64,000 bases of DNA from an uncultured virus (IMG/VR IMGVR_UViG_3300009500_000012) (IMGVR_UViG_3300009500_000012), one strand, 5' to 3'. Numbered from the stretch's first letter, positions 31,814 through 40,744 are shown. Notes: generated by a model not told the origin, from the letters alone. Numbers and translations: made by a program.

Positions 31814-31833
31814 TAATAATTTCTTAAAAGATT

Positions 31834-32358
31834 ATGAAAAATTTTAAATATTTAAATCAATTTTGTAAATTGACTGTCTCATCTTTATTTAAACAAAACA
31901 AAAAATATTCTGAATTATTTAAAGATTTGTTTGAAATAATACCTTGGGAAACCAAACATGTTTTTGGTAATAGTGAAAGACTAGCCTGGCATTTTTATTT
32001 TAATGATGAAGTTGTAAACGTTCTACCATTTACAAAATCAAATAGCTTTTGTTTTACAATGACAGATGGAGAAGGTGGCCATAAATTTTTAAAAACAGCA
32101 ATTACAAATAATATAGTTGTAAAAACTGATATCACCTGGAAAATGAAAACAACACCTTATAAATTTACTACTGAAACTTATACAATGGGACAACTATTTG
32201 ACCATAAAAATAAAACATATCAACCACATTGGATTTCAGAAAAAATTTTATCTATTGGTACAATTGTTTATCCAGGTTATGAATTTGCTAAAATGACAAA
32301 CTCTATTCCAGAAAATTATAAACCAGTTGATTGGAAGACAAATACCTTCGTTATCTAA
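31834..32358 (+). CDS. paralogue of 31289-31813 without signal peptide
   Basis: shared motifs. Confidence 0.6.
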   Translation: MKNFKYLNQFCKLTVSSLFKQNKKYSELFKDLFEIIPWETKHVFGNSERLAWHFYFNDEVVNVLPFTKSNSFCFTMTDGEGGHKFLKTAITNNIVVKTDITWKMKTTPYKFTTETYTMGQLFDHKNKTYQPHWISEKILSIGTIVYPGYEFAKMTNSIPENYKPVDWKTNTFVI

Positions 32359-32915
32359 TTTTTACTATCAGATGAATAAAAATAAAAATTATTCTTCAAC
32401 CAACTATCCATTTCAATAGCCTTATCAGATGCACCATCATAATCAATCTTCCGAAATAAATCACGTAAAGATAAGCCATAACGATATAACCAAGGGTCAT
32501 GAGGATATTTAATAGCCCAATCCATAAATGAATCCTCTACCCAAATAGCCTTATTAAAAAGATAATGTCCATCATTAGGATAACCATAATCAGCACGAAT
32601 ATTTAAATCCTTTAACTCATTCCTAATCCCTAATATGGACTTCTTCATATGACCAAAATATGCATCCGCAGCAGCCATATCAGATAAATGAGAATTGTTA
32701 GTAGTAGTTGTTTCTTGGGCTAAAACCTTATTGCTTGTCAAAAATTCTAAACAGAAAAATATAGCAATAAGTGTAGTAATAAAAATAACAACGACTTTTT
32801 TTGTTCTTTTCAAAATTTCCCTTCCCTTTCTACGGGCAATATAATAAATACCATAAACATTGACTATTGTCAATAGAAGAATAATAATAAGAAGAAGAAG
32901 AAGAAGAAATATCAA
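32355..32915 (-). CDS. exported/membrane protein (start uncertain)
   Basis: signal-like segment then AADAYFGHMKKSILGIRN..KYPHDPW. Confidence 0.55.
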   Translation of the reverse strand: MIFLLLLLLIIILLLTIVNVYGIYYIARRKGREILKRTKKVVVIFITTLIAIFFCLEFLTSNKVLAQETTTTNNSHLSDMAAADAYFGHMKKSILGIRNELKDLNIRADYGYPNDGHYLFNKAIWVEDSFMDWAIKYPHDPWLYRYGLSLRDLFRKIDYDGASDKAIEMDSWLKNNFYFYSSDSKN

Positions 32916-32916
32916 T

Positions 32917-33201
32917 ATGCCCTACATACATCAAACAAAACGTCATAATCATCATGAAATAGGAAAAATCTATAAAGTAGAATTTAACCCGGATATTACA
33001 AAAGAAGAAGAGAAAAAACAAAAATTACTCATAGATGAATATTATTACTATGACCAAGAACAAGGTAAAGTCTTAATAGATGAAGAGTCCTTCTATAAGA
33101 AGAAAAAGGTGGTAGAACAAGAACCATCATCATCACTATTATCCTTTGAAGAAAAATTCCATCAATTTAAAACCAAAAATAATACACATAACAAAAAATG
33201 A
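32917..33201 (+). CDS. hypothetical protein
   Basis: ATG 32917 after AAG run. Confidence 0.45.
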   Translation: MPYIHQTKRHNHHEIGKIYKVEFNPDITKEEEKKQKLLIDEYYYYDQEQGKVLIDEESFYKKKKVVEQEPSSSLLSFEEKFHQFKTKNNTHNKK

Positions 33202-33449
33202 CATTAAAAACAGAAGATTTAATAATAGACCAAACCTCTCTTGTCCATGTAGACCCACATAATAGAACCCCTAAATCTATTGTATTTGTAGTTAAAGAAA
33301 TCTTTAAATCTCAAGATGATGAAAAAGTTTATGTCAATGGTAATTTTGTAGGATGGGTACTCTTGTCTTCATGTTATGATATCTATGATTTATGTGAAGT
33401 AGAAATTACAAAAGGTATTAAAAAAGCCGTTTCTAAAAAAATTTCATAA
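33198..33449 (+). CDS. hypothetical protein
   Basis: ATGA overlap; last gene of AT-rich half. Confidence 0.55.
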   Translation: MTLKTEDLIIDQTSLVHVDPHNRTPKSIVFVVKEIFKSQDDEKVYVNGNFVGWVLLSSCYDIYDLCEVEITKGIKKAVSKKIS

Positions 33450-33700
33450 GAGAAAAAAAGACCGGGGTATTTTTAGAAAATCCTATTCGGCGATGCCGGA
33501 ATTGAAAAAGCCTATACCCGATTTTTGAAAAATTTGCATATAGAGAAAATAGGCTTGGCTCTTTACGGCATAGGGCATAGCATCAGGATTTACCCCCCCT
33601 CCTCTTTACAAAAATTTTACAGAGAAATGTCAAGTCTTTTTTGTAAAGAAATCTATGTATTATACACAATAAAAGAGGGAGGACCTTTCGGCCCTCCCCT
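33450..33700. other. compositional junction with inverted repeats; converging transcription
   Basis: CTTTACAAAAA/TTTTTGTAAAG IR, AAGCCTAT/ATAGGCTT, GCATAG repeats. Confidence 0.55.
33668..33700 (-). terminator. intrinsic terminator ending the cassette array
   Basis: GGGGAGGGCC-GAAA-GGTCCTCCCT-CTTTTATT. Confidence 0.85.
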
Positions 33701-33708
33701 TTGTGCTT

Positions 33709-34377
33709 TTACTTATCGAATCCTGGCACGACCCATTCAATGTGGGCCGTGCGCGCTTGCTTTGATTCGTTGGGGGTCACGACGGCGTAGAGGGTGCCCG
33801 AATGGTCCGGCTGGTCGGAGACATAGATGCGACCCCCGTAGCGGGCACGAAGGGCGTTCGGCCCGTCGCTACGTGCGCCGCGCGTCACGGCATTGGGTTG
33901 ATAGCGAATGAAGAGGGTTTCCTCCGAAGCCTGGGCCAAGCGCGCAGCCTGTTTGGCAGCATATTCGATGGCCTCGGTAAGGGCCTCCCCGTTGACGTCA
34001 TCCTCCGTGACCAGGACCGGCATTTGGAGGAACCGTTGCTTTTGGGCCGGTTCACCGCAGGGGAGGATACCCTGGGCTTGAACCTCGGGGGATTCTTTAA
34101 CTTCCGCTTCTTCCTTCTCGGTCATCGGACGGCGCAGGGCCGCGACGGCGATATATCCCGCCACGGGGTCCCGGTCATACGCCTCGCGCATAAGTTTAAC
34201 CATCCCGACCGAGGAAACGACCTCCTCAAAGGACCGGCGTAACTTCGCGCCACGGCCGGTCCGGTTCAGGGTGGCCTCATATGCTGCCCGCAGGGCGATG
34301 GTCATGTTCGTGACGCGAACGCCAAGCGCGACCTGTGCAGGGGTGGGGGCGGTGGTGACTTTTTGCATCGTTTCCAT
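33709..34377 (-). CDS. early hypothetical protein
   Basis: leaderless promoter, terminator downstream. Confidence 0.8.
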   Translation of the reverse strand: METMQKVTTAPTPAQVALGVRVTNMTIALRAAYEATLNRTGRGAKLRRSFEEVVSSVGMVKLMREAYDRDPVAGYIAVAALRRPMTEKEEAEVKESPEVQAQGILPCGEPAQKQRFLQMPVLVTEDDVNGEALTEAIEYAAKQAARLAQASEETLFIRYQPNAVTRGARSDGPNALRARYGGRIYVSDQPDHSGTLYAVVTPNESKQARTAHIEWVVPGFDK

Positions 34378-34408
34378 GTTCTAATTATATCGAATTAGAA
34401 GGGTTATG

Positions 34409-34555
34409 TCAAACCGCTTGCGCGATATTGACGTAAGCGAAAGCAATCATTTTGCCTCGCGAATTGTTGAGGGTCACTTGGAGGCACCCTTCGCCCCAGG
34501 GGGTAAAGGTGCAATAGTAGCCGCGCTTGATGGTGAAGTTCTTAAACGGTTCCAT
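34409..34555 (-). CDS. 48 aa leaderless protein (MEPFKNFTIK...)
   Basis: TATAAT-6-ATG; TGA inside next -35. Confidence 0.7.
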   Translation of the reverse strand: MEPFKNFTIKRGYYCTFTPWGEGCLQVTLNNSRGKMIAFAYVNIAQAV

Positions 34556-34690
34556 GTCCTGATTATACAGAACAGAAGGGGTTATGTCAAATACATTAAA
34601 AAGGGAATACCTCGCATTCTCACTTCCTTCGCCCTACGGCGGGAAGGGGACCAACCTTCCCGCTTATTATAGAGTTAAAGGGTCGTTTTG

Positions 34691-35299
34691 TCAAATGGCC
34701 CCGCAGGGGTAATGGGTTGTCCTGGTCATCGGCGCGCACCCATAGGCGACCAGAACACCAGAGAAGGCCCGTTCTGAATCCGTTAGGCCATCCAAACCGA
34801 TTTGGTGGGGTTTGCGGCGTCCTTTGTGTTGGCCCTCTTTGTAGGCCCGTTTTTGGGCCTTCTTGTCGATACGTTGGGCCGCAAGGTCCGCTTCCAATTC
34901 TGCAAGGTGGGCCGCTTCCTCCTGGTCCTCTTCGACGGGAGCGGTTTGGGGAGCGGGTTTGACGGCGGACGCAATTTGACGAGAATACTTCGCCAATTTT
35001 CGGGCAACGAAGCGCGCTTGCTTCGGGGTTAAGGTTTGATACTTTTCGGAACCTTCCGCAATATCGGAGAGAATTTGCGCGTCGGTGCCATTGAACCCGG
35101 TTCCGTTATTATAGGCTGTCGCTTGGGCCATTTGTTCATCGGCCGTTTGGTTCGCATAAACGACTCGGAGCGCGCGGTACGTTACCTTCCGTTGAAACGG
35201 GTTGATAAGGGTCGGTTCCGTTTGTGCAACTTCTTGCAGGAAGGATTTAATACCTTCTTGTGTTTTGAGGTCATGCACGGTCGTCGTCGTGTTATTCAT
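34691..35299 (-). CDS. phage hypothetical protein
   Basis: leaderless; QTADEQ..NGTGFNGTDA..LTPKQ..KYSRQ. Confidence 0.8.
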   Translation of the reverse strand: MNNTTTTVHDLKTQEGIKSFLQEVAQTEPTLINPFQRKVTYRALRVVYANQTADEQMAQATAYNNGTGFNGTDAQILSDIAEGSEKYQTLTPKQARFVARKLAKYSRQIASAVKPAPQTAPVEEDQEEAAHLAELEADLAAQRIDKKAQKRAYKEGQHKGRRKPHQIGLDGLTDSERAFSGVLVAYGCAPMTRTTHYPCGAI

Positions 35300-35335
35300 A
35301 ACCTAATTATACATATTAGGTGGAGTTATTGCAAA

Positions 35336-35651
35336 TGAGGTTCCCCCAAAGTGACCAACCTCGGGAGAACCTCTTTGCGCCTAATCAATACACTTGAAGA
35401 GAGGTTTTGCTTTTCTTTCGTTTTTTCTTTCGTTAGTGTCTAACCTTGTCGGATTCGGCGCGCAGTTCGCCTATCTCATACATTCAAGGTTTAAGACTCT
35501 AGGTGATTCGCTTTCTCCTTTCTTTTGGAGGAGACTCGACAAGGGCCAAGGTTACTCAGGGGAGGTGAACGTATCCCGCTAGTTCCTTGTCTCTTTCAAA
35601 CCCTTGTCGATATACGTCGTAGGTGTATTCCTACGTTCCGCTTTCTCCTAC
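35336..35651 (-). ncRNA. putative structured ncRNA (~315 nt)
   Basis: promoter 35658-35686, no ORF, several stems incl. 10-bp TCGACAAGGG/CCCTTGTCGA. Confidence 0.6.
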
Positions 35652-35660
35652 CCTTTAAGT

Positions 35661-35930
35661 TTAATGCTTTTCGGGAGTTATGTCAAATGTCGAAGCGTAA
35701 TACTTCTTTCCGACCGTATACGTTTCATAGGCGAGGCCATCGAAGTAATCGGCCAAGGAACAGAATCCTAGCCCGAAGTCTACAAGTAGCCAAAGGTCCG
35801 ACTCCATGAAGTAAAGGCCCATACATTCGCAAATATCGCGCACGTACACTTCTCCGGTGAAGAGGAGACGGAGCGCATTGTTGATGAGAAGGAAGGTGAT
35901 AACTTTGAAGAGGTCGCAGTAAAGTTTCAT
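35661..35930 (-). CDS. early hypothetical protein
   Basis: TATGCT-7-ATG 35930. Confidence 0.7.
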   Translation of the reverse strand: MKLYCDLFKVITFLLINNALRLLFTGEVYVRDICECMGLYFMESDLWLLVDFGLGFCSLADYFDGLAYETYTVGKKYYASTFDITPEKH

Positions 35931-35973
35931 CTTCGTTAGCATACACCTTTCAATTTATTATGTCAAATGCCTT

Positions 35974-36138
35974 TTAGTCGGCAACCTTTACGCGAGCGTT
36001 GCGACGATGGTTCTTGTATTTGCCTTTCCCGCGCTTCTTATTGTAGGGGGAGTGCCAATCTTCGTGATACATCGTTCCGCGCTTGGTTTTGCGCGAGACT
36101 TCCAATTCGTAACGGAGGTTTGCTTCTCGAACATCCAT
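35974..36138 (-). CDS. 54 aa basic leaderless protein
   Basis: TATACT-6-ATG; MDVREANLRY...KKRGKGKYKNHRR. Confidence 0.7.
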   Translation of the reverse strand: MDVREANLRYELEVSRKTKRGTMYHEDWHSPYNKKRGKGKYKNHRRNARVKVAD

Positions 36139-36225
36139 GCGTTAAGTATAAACCTTCTTTTTAGTTAATGCAAACCAAGAGGAGGGGGTTCTATTTATTA
36201 TAGTGCAAGAAAAGAGAAAGGACCC

Positions 36226-36537
36226 CTACCCTCGGGGGTCCGCTATTTCTCCCTTTTGGATGAGGTAGTCCGTCATTAGGTCCCCCGTAGACTTGAAGGG
36301 CGGAACATATGTCCGGTATGCTTCTCGACCCTCTTCCATCCAAGCGTCATAGCCATCTTGGTCGAGGATTGCATCGCATCGCATACAGGAGAGGAAACGG
36401 CCCTCATCGGTGGCATCATCACGCTTAATCGGTTTCTTCGGGTTGCCATACTCGAACTTTTCCATCGCGCAATCGACGCAGAGGCGTCTCTCGGATTGGT
36501 CGCTGTTGACTCGGTAGCCAACGATATCGTTTTCCAT
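36226..36537 (-). CDS. Zn-finger hypothetical protein
   Basis: leaderless; CVDC, CMRC. Confidence 0.75.
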   Translation of the reverse strand: MENDIVGYRVNSDQSERRLCVDCAMEKFEYGNPKKPIKRDDATDEGRFLSCMRCDAILDQDGYDAWMEEGREAYRTYVPPFKSTGDLMTDYLIQKGEIADPRG

Positions 36538-36573
36538 GTCCTAACTATACACCTAACTTTTGGTTATTGCAAG

Positions 36574-36825
36574 TTACCAATCGAATTTAGTGCAAACGGG
36601 GCCGCATTTTTCGCGACATTCTCCAGAAGCATAGTGGTGGCGAATATGTTCCGACCGTTTCGCTTCTCGTTGGGCCTCGCGTTGACGACGAACCTTCTCT
36701 GCTTGCGGGTCATAGGTCCGACCGAATCGGTTCACCGGGAGGGCACCGTTGGCGAGTTCATCACACCGGAGGCATCCTTCAACCTTCTTACCGAAGTTCG
36801 GGCCGTGATTGTGTTGCGTTCCCAT
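36574..36825 (-). CDS. Cys/His-rich hypothetical protein
   Basis: leaderless; CLRC, CGPVCT.FDW. Confidence 0.75.
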   Translation of the reverse strand: MGTQHNHGPNFGKKVEGCLRCDELANGALPVNRFGRTYDPQAEKVRRQREAQREAKRSEHIRHHYASGECREKCGPVCTKFDW

Positions 36826-36851
36826 AACCCTATATTACATTTAATTAGGAG

Positions 36852-37127
36852 TTATGTCAAGGGATTTAGAAGTGCGAGAAGCCTTCTCAATTCCTTGATT
36901 TGTTCTTCTTTTGCTTCGATAGCCTTTTCCAGGGCCTTCTCGAACGCTAGGATGGCCTCTTCTCCATCGGTGTAGAAGTCTTTGCGCGCGACGGAGTAGA
37001 CTGTTCCGCAGGCAATTCTCCGACCATTATCGCGAACCTGTGAAACAGTAACTTCCCGAAGGTAAGGAATACCTTCGTGGTTACTGTCGATAATGAAACC
37101 TTCGGTTCCTTTGCGAATATCTTCCAT
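36852..37127 (-). CDS. early hypothetical protein
   Basis: ends LT-stop inside next -35. Confidence 0.75.
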   Translation of the reverse strand: MEDIRKGTEGFIIDSNHEGIPYLREVTVSQVRDNGRRIACGTVYSVARKDFYTDGEEAILAFEKALEKAIEAKEEQIKELRRLLALLNPLT

Positions 37128-37237
37128 CCTTTATATTTTAATTTAATCCCACAGTTATGTCAAGGAATAAGCCTATGATAAGTAGAAAGCAAAGAATGGA
37201 ATAGAGGAGGGCTTGAAAAGCGCCCTCCTCTTTTTGG

Positions 37238-37417
37238 TTAATCACCTTCGGTTCCCGTTGCTTGCAGAAACCGTTCCCGGTTGAAACGGGGGTTCGTTAT
37301 CGCCAACGAATCGGCGAAGGCAAGGGCCGCAGAACGTCGAGCGGAACGGAGACTTGCCGAATGGGAAGGCATCCCTTTGATGGTGTCGGCAATCAGTTGA
37401 AAGTCTTTCTTCGTCAT
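37238..37417 (-). CDS. 59 aa phage protein (MTKKDFQLIA..NPRFNRERF)
   Basis: leaderless; terminator 37204-37230 follows. Confidence 0.8.
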   Translation of the reverse strand: MTKKDFQLIADTIKGMPSHSASLRSARRSAALAFADSLAITNPRFNRERFLQATGTEGD

Positions 37418-37456
37418 GTGCTTACTATAAACCTATAACGAAGTTTTGTCAAAGAC

Positions 37457-37855
37457 TTACTTTCTCCGCTTGTTGTGATTTCCCCATCCCACAGTTTTCC
37501 AAGAATGAGGGAAAATTTCTTCAATGAACATAGCGACCTTAACAGGTATACCATACGAACGGTAGAGAGACTCCACTATGAGGGTTTGAAAGGTATCATG
37601 CCTTCCCCCTTCTCTTCCGTGATATACGTGGTCGATATAGTGCCCTAATTCGTGCAAGAGGGCCGCAGTATGTTCTGTCGTGGAACCATTTTTGCGGAAG
37701 TGTAGATAAATGATTTTGCTACGGGAAAAGTACCTTCCCGTATCTTTGTGGGCATCACGAAGCGAAGCAACTATGACCCGAGGAGCGGGTATGCCATAAT
37801 CTTTACAGACTATGTTTGCATATTCTTGTGCCCATGTGGTCAAAGAAATGTTCAC
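37457..37855 (-). CDS. HExxH zinc metallopeptidase-like (SprT-like)
   Basis: LLHELGHYID..H; leaderless GTG. Confidence 0.7.
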   Translation of the reverse strand: MNISLTTWAQEYANIVCKDYGIPAPRVIVASLRDAHKDTGRYFSRSKIIYLHFRKNGSTTEHTAALLHELGHYIDHVYHGREGGRHDTFQTLIVESLYRSYGIPVKVAMFIEEIFPHSWKTVGWGNHNKRRK

Positions 37856-37963
37856 TTGATAAGTATAACCTTTTTTAAGTAGTTATGTCAAAGGCTTGTT
37901 CTCTTTAATTTATTATAGAGTAAAAGAAAGAGAGGCTCCCAGGGCAAGAACCTCCTCTTCGCT

Positions 37964-38221
37964 TTACTTTTTCTTGCCTTTCTTGGGTTCCATGTTGCGT
38001 TGACCCTTGGAGGCACGGATTTGTGCCCGCGTCATCTTCTTACGCTTGCGGGGTTGCTTGTCCACGGGGAGGGCCACAGGTGCCAGGATGGACAAACCCT
38101 GTTCCTCGGCGCGTTTATGCCCTTCCAGGACCCATTCGATATTGACCGGAACGGTGTTCGGATTTTGCGAGAAGTTCTTCGCAGCGAAGGGGGCGAAGGT
38201 GGTCGTCATTTGCTGTTCCAT
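37964..38221 (-). CDS. basic hypothetical protein
   Basis: leaderless. Confidence 0.7.
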   Translation of the reverse strand: MEQQMTTTFAPFAAKNFSQNPNTVPVNIEWVLEGHKRAEEQGLSILAPVALPVDKQPRKRKKMTRAQIRASKGQRNMEPKKGKKK

Positions 38222-38230
38222 GAATTAAGT

Positions 38231-38404
38231 TTATACCTTCTCGGAAGTTTTTGCAAGCGAACCTTTGTTTTTATAGGCCGTTGTCCACTTGTGCCACTTG
38301 GTTCCAAAGTGTATCCCCATATGGTAGGAGACAACTCCACGATTTTGTTTCAACGCATGAGCATAGCAGAAACGGTAAAGGCGTTGCTTCTGAAACTCTT
38401 TCAC
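38231..38404 (-). CDS. 57 aa protein, GTG start
   Basis: TTGCTT-17-TAGAGT-6-GTG. Confidence 0.5.
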   Translation of the reverse strand: MKEFQKQRLYRFCYAHALKQNRGVVSYHMGIHFGTKWHKWTTAYKNKGSLAKTSEKV

Positions 38405-38501
38405 CTTCTTACTCTATCATAAACTGAAAGATAAAGCAAATATAGTTTTAAGATATTATAGCATTAAAGGAAGAAAAGAACCCCCGGAGGGGGTCTAGTT
38501 G

Positions 38502-38528
38502 TTAGCCGAAAAGTTTGTCAAGTTTCAT
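38502..38528 (-). CDS. 8 aa micro-ORF MKLDKLFG
   Basis: consensus promoter, TATAAT-6-ATG, terminator follows. Confidence 0.45.
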   Translation of the reverse strand: MKLDKLFG

Positions 38529-38564
38529 AACCTGATTATACCTTTTTGTTGATGTTATTGCAAA

Positions 38565-38650
38565 TGAGAGGAGTTTTCAATTAACGGGAAGAAAACTCTT
38601 AACAACTCCCGGCCTTTTCTGTGTCCCATTCGACCACGGGGGCCAACCTT
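38565..38650 (-). ncRNA. putative small RNA
   Basis: promoter 38657-38685, no start codon at TSS, hairpins. Confidence 0.45.
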
Positions 38651-38665
38651 AATTTAAGTATAAAA

Positions 38666-38845
38666 CTATTTGGTAGTTTTGTCAAACTTCCAGGTTGGCA
38701 TGACTTCTTCGCGAGCCTGTTCTAGGCACAGGATGCACGTATATTCGTCCGCAACGATGCGAACCGTATCCCGAGGGCGAAAGTCTGTTACCTTCGCACC
38801 ACAACGAATTGATTCTGTTTTCTTGTCGAAAAGGTGGTTTAGCAT
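38666..38845 (-). CDS. hypothetical protein
   Basis: coupled to upstream stop; C..CILC. Confidence 0.55.
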   Translation of the reverse strand: MLNHLFDKKTESIRCGAKVTDFRPRDTVRIVADEYTCILCLEQAREEVMPTWKFDKTTK

Positions 38846-39114
38846 GAAAGTGCGAGAAGCCTTTCTTTCCAATCCGAGGAAAGTTTATCCCCTTCTGCTT
38901 TTTCTTGAAGAAGTTCGTACAGTTCGGGATAGGTAACATAATCCCGAGTATCACCTTCATCGGAGCAGAGAACCTCTACTGATTCACCTGCAACCGAATG
39001 AATCATGGGATTCGGTCCCATAAGAATTGAAACTTCCTTCCCATTCTCGAAAGAGATTACCGCATGACGTACACCACGCGAGGTCAAGAAGTGTGGTTTG
39101 ATTTCAACTCTCAT
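38839..39114 (-). CDS. early hypothetical protein
   Basis: leaderless. Confidence 0.75.
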   Translation of the reverse strand: MRVEIKPHFLTSRGVRHAVISFENGKEVSILMGPNPMIHSVAGESVEVLCSDEGDTRDYVTYPELYELLQEKAEGDKLSSDWKERLLALSC

Positions 39115-39200
39115 GCACTAATTATATCTTAAATTGAAAGATAATGCAAGAAGAAAAGAAGAAGCCTTGGGATGCTTGATTCCAAGGCTTTTCTAATATG

Positions 39201-39464
39201 TTATCCGTTATATTCGGAGAAACAACGCCCCTCGTCTAGTGCGACTTGATAGCGTTCGATGGATTCGATACAACTTTCTAATTGTAGACGCGCCATCAGT
39301 AGGTCGCGATGAATCCCGCGATTATAGGATTTTTCGATGTTGACTTTATCAATAGTATCACAGGAATCATATCGCGCATGATACTCTTGAAGTTTGTTCT
39401 TCATCGCTTCTAATGAAGTGATTACATCAGAAGTGTTAAAGTTAGAAACCTTCGATTTAGCCAA
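39201..39464 (-). CDS. hypothetical protein (leadered)
   Basis: AAGGAG + TTG start. Confidence 0.65.
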   Translation of the reverse strand: MAKSKVSNFNTSDVITSLEAMKNKLQEYHARYDSCDTIDKVNIEKSYNRGIHRDLLMARLQLESCIESIERYQVALDEGRCFSEYNG

Positions 39465-39584
39465 AATTTTCTCCTTAGAAGAGTAAGCCCTAGAAGGGCA
39501 AAATTAGTTTTTACAAACCAAAACATATCAAATTACCAAAGTTATGTCAAATGTAGGTTGTTCTATATATAATAGTGTTGAAAA

Positions 39585-39811
39585 TAAGAAGAAGGAGAGG
39601 TTAATTACTCCTCTCCTACTTTCCGCAAGGCGTCCCTTACTTGCCCGTTTTACATTCAGGTGGTGCCATACCTACACCATTCCGACAGGTGTTGTGGTTC
39701 TAAGTTTTTTAGTCCCTGGAAGTCAAACCCTAGACTTAAAAGCCTCCAGCGGGATTGTTTCCGTATCATCGCTTTTGTATCACGGTAAGGACGAACAATC
39801 AATTTCCTTAC
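39585..39811 (-). ncRNA. putative structured ncRNA (~225 nt) with 5' pseudoknot
   Basis: promoter 39818-39846; GTAAGGA/TCCTTAC stem from +1; loop GATTGTT pairs AACAATC; 3' terminator. Confidence 0.65.
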
Positions 39812-39911
39812 AACCAAAGTATATCAAAGCATTGAAGTTATGTCAAATGGAGTTTTATTCTATGTATAATATACTTGAAAAGAGGAAGGGGAACCGGAGT
39901 TCCCCATTCTT

Positions 39912-40196
39912 CTACTTAATCCCGAGGCGGCGTTTGATTTCCGCTTTAACGAGGCGGGCTTGTTCGCCCTTGTAGGTGGTGGCGTTGGAGAGGAAATACA
40001 TTCCAATGGACCGACCGGAGTCCGCACCATAGGCATCCTCGAATGAGGCCATATCGGACATGGCCTCTAAGTAGGGAACCGCACCGAAGTAGATTTTGGG
40101 CTTCCAGGACTTGCGAACGATATACGCAAGTTCGTTGACCGTCTTGCTTTTGAGTTCTTCCGCCGAAACGACGTTGTTGTTGTTGCTGATTTCCAT
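39912..40196 (-). CDS. phage hypothetical protein
   Basis: leaderless; YFGAVPYLEAM..YFLSNA. Confidence 0.8.
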   Translation of the reverse strand: MEISNNNNVVSAEELKSKTVNELAYIVRKSWKPKIYFGAVPYLEAMSDMASFEDAYGADSGRSIGMYFLSNATTYKGEQARLVKAEIKRRLGIK

Positions 40197-40482
40197 AAAC
40201 CTATTATACCTTTCGATAGAAGTTATTGCAAGAAAAAGAGCCTATCAGATTTCCGATAGACTCTCCAGACTTAATCCTCTGTTTCGATTTCAAACATATC
40301 ATTTCCTAGATAACGCACAGGCGTATCCGAAATGATATTGGCGACAATTTCCAAACCTTTTCCAGACGCCTCTCTAAGGGTTTCGGTTAATTGATTCAAA
40401 AGGTCTTGAAAAGAAATAACTTCTTTTGCCATGTTTATATCATTCTCTCTTTCTTGAAGAATCCCTTTAGACTTGTGAAAAT

Positions 40483-40740
40483 TTAATAATCTTCCGCTCG
40501 CCGCGCATCGGTTTCGTCTTGGTTGACGCCACTTGCAATAGTTCGACCAGAATCTTCGTCGTTGAACGTATCGACTTCGGTTCCATCCGGTAATTCGATA
40601 TATTCACGAACGAGGCATTCATCATCAACGTCAACATCGACTGTTTCGATATTACTCACGTTGAGGGTAGAAGGAAAGAAGTCGCAGGAGGAGCGCACTT
40701 CGGTGCCACCATCCCATACCGAAACGTATGTTGCTTTCAT
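40483..40740 (-). CDS. hypothetical protein
   Basis: GGAG RBS, MKATYVSVWDGG. Confidence 0.65.
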   Translation of the reverse strand: MKATYVSVWDGGTEVRSSCDFFPSTLNVSNIETVDVDVDDECLVREYIELPDGTEVDTFNDEDSGRTIASGVNQDETDARRAEDY

Positions 40741-40744
40741 GTTT

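Noticed and set aside
32874..32908. (AAT)n(AAG)n microsatellite giving poly-Arg/poly-Leu ORF starts
   Set aside because: Low-complexity tract; the extended N-termini are probably not real
33525..34242. Plus-strand ORFs across the junction, and similar plus-strand ORFs through 33.5-64 kb
   Set aside because: They cross terminators or promoters and oppose the clear minus-strand cassette grammar; likely GC-rich shadows
35974..36138. ArfA-like ribosome rescue factor (KRGKGKY vs KGKGSY)
   Set aside because: Only a short basic motif matches; insufficient without an HMM
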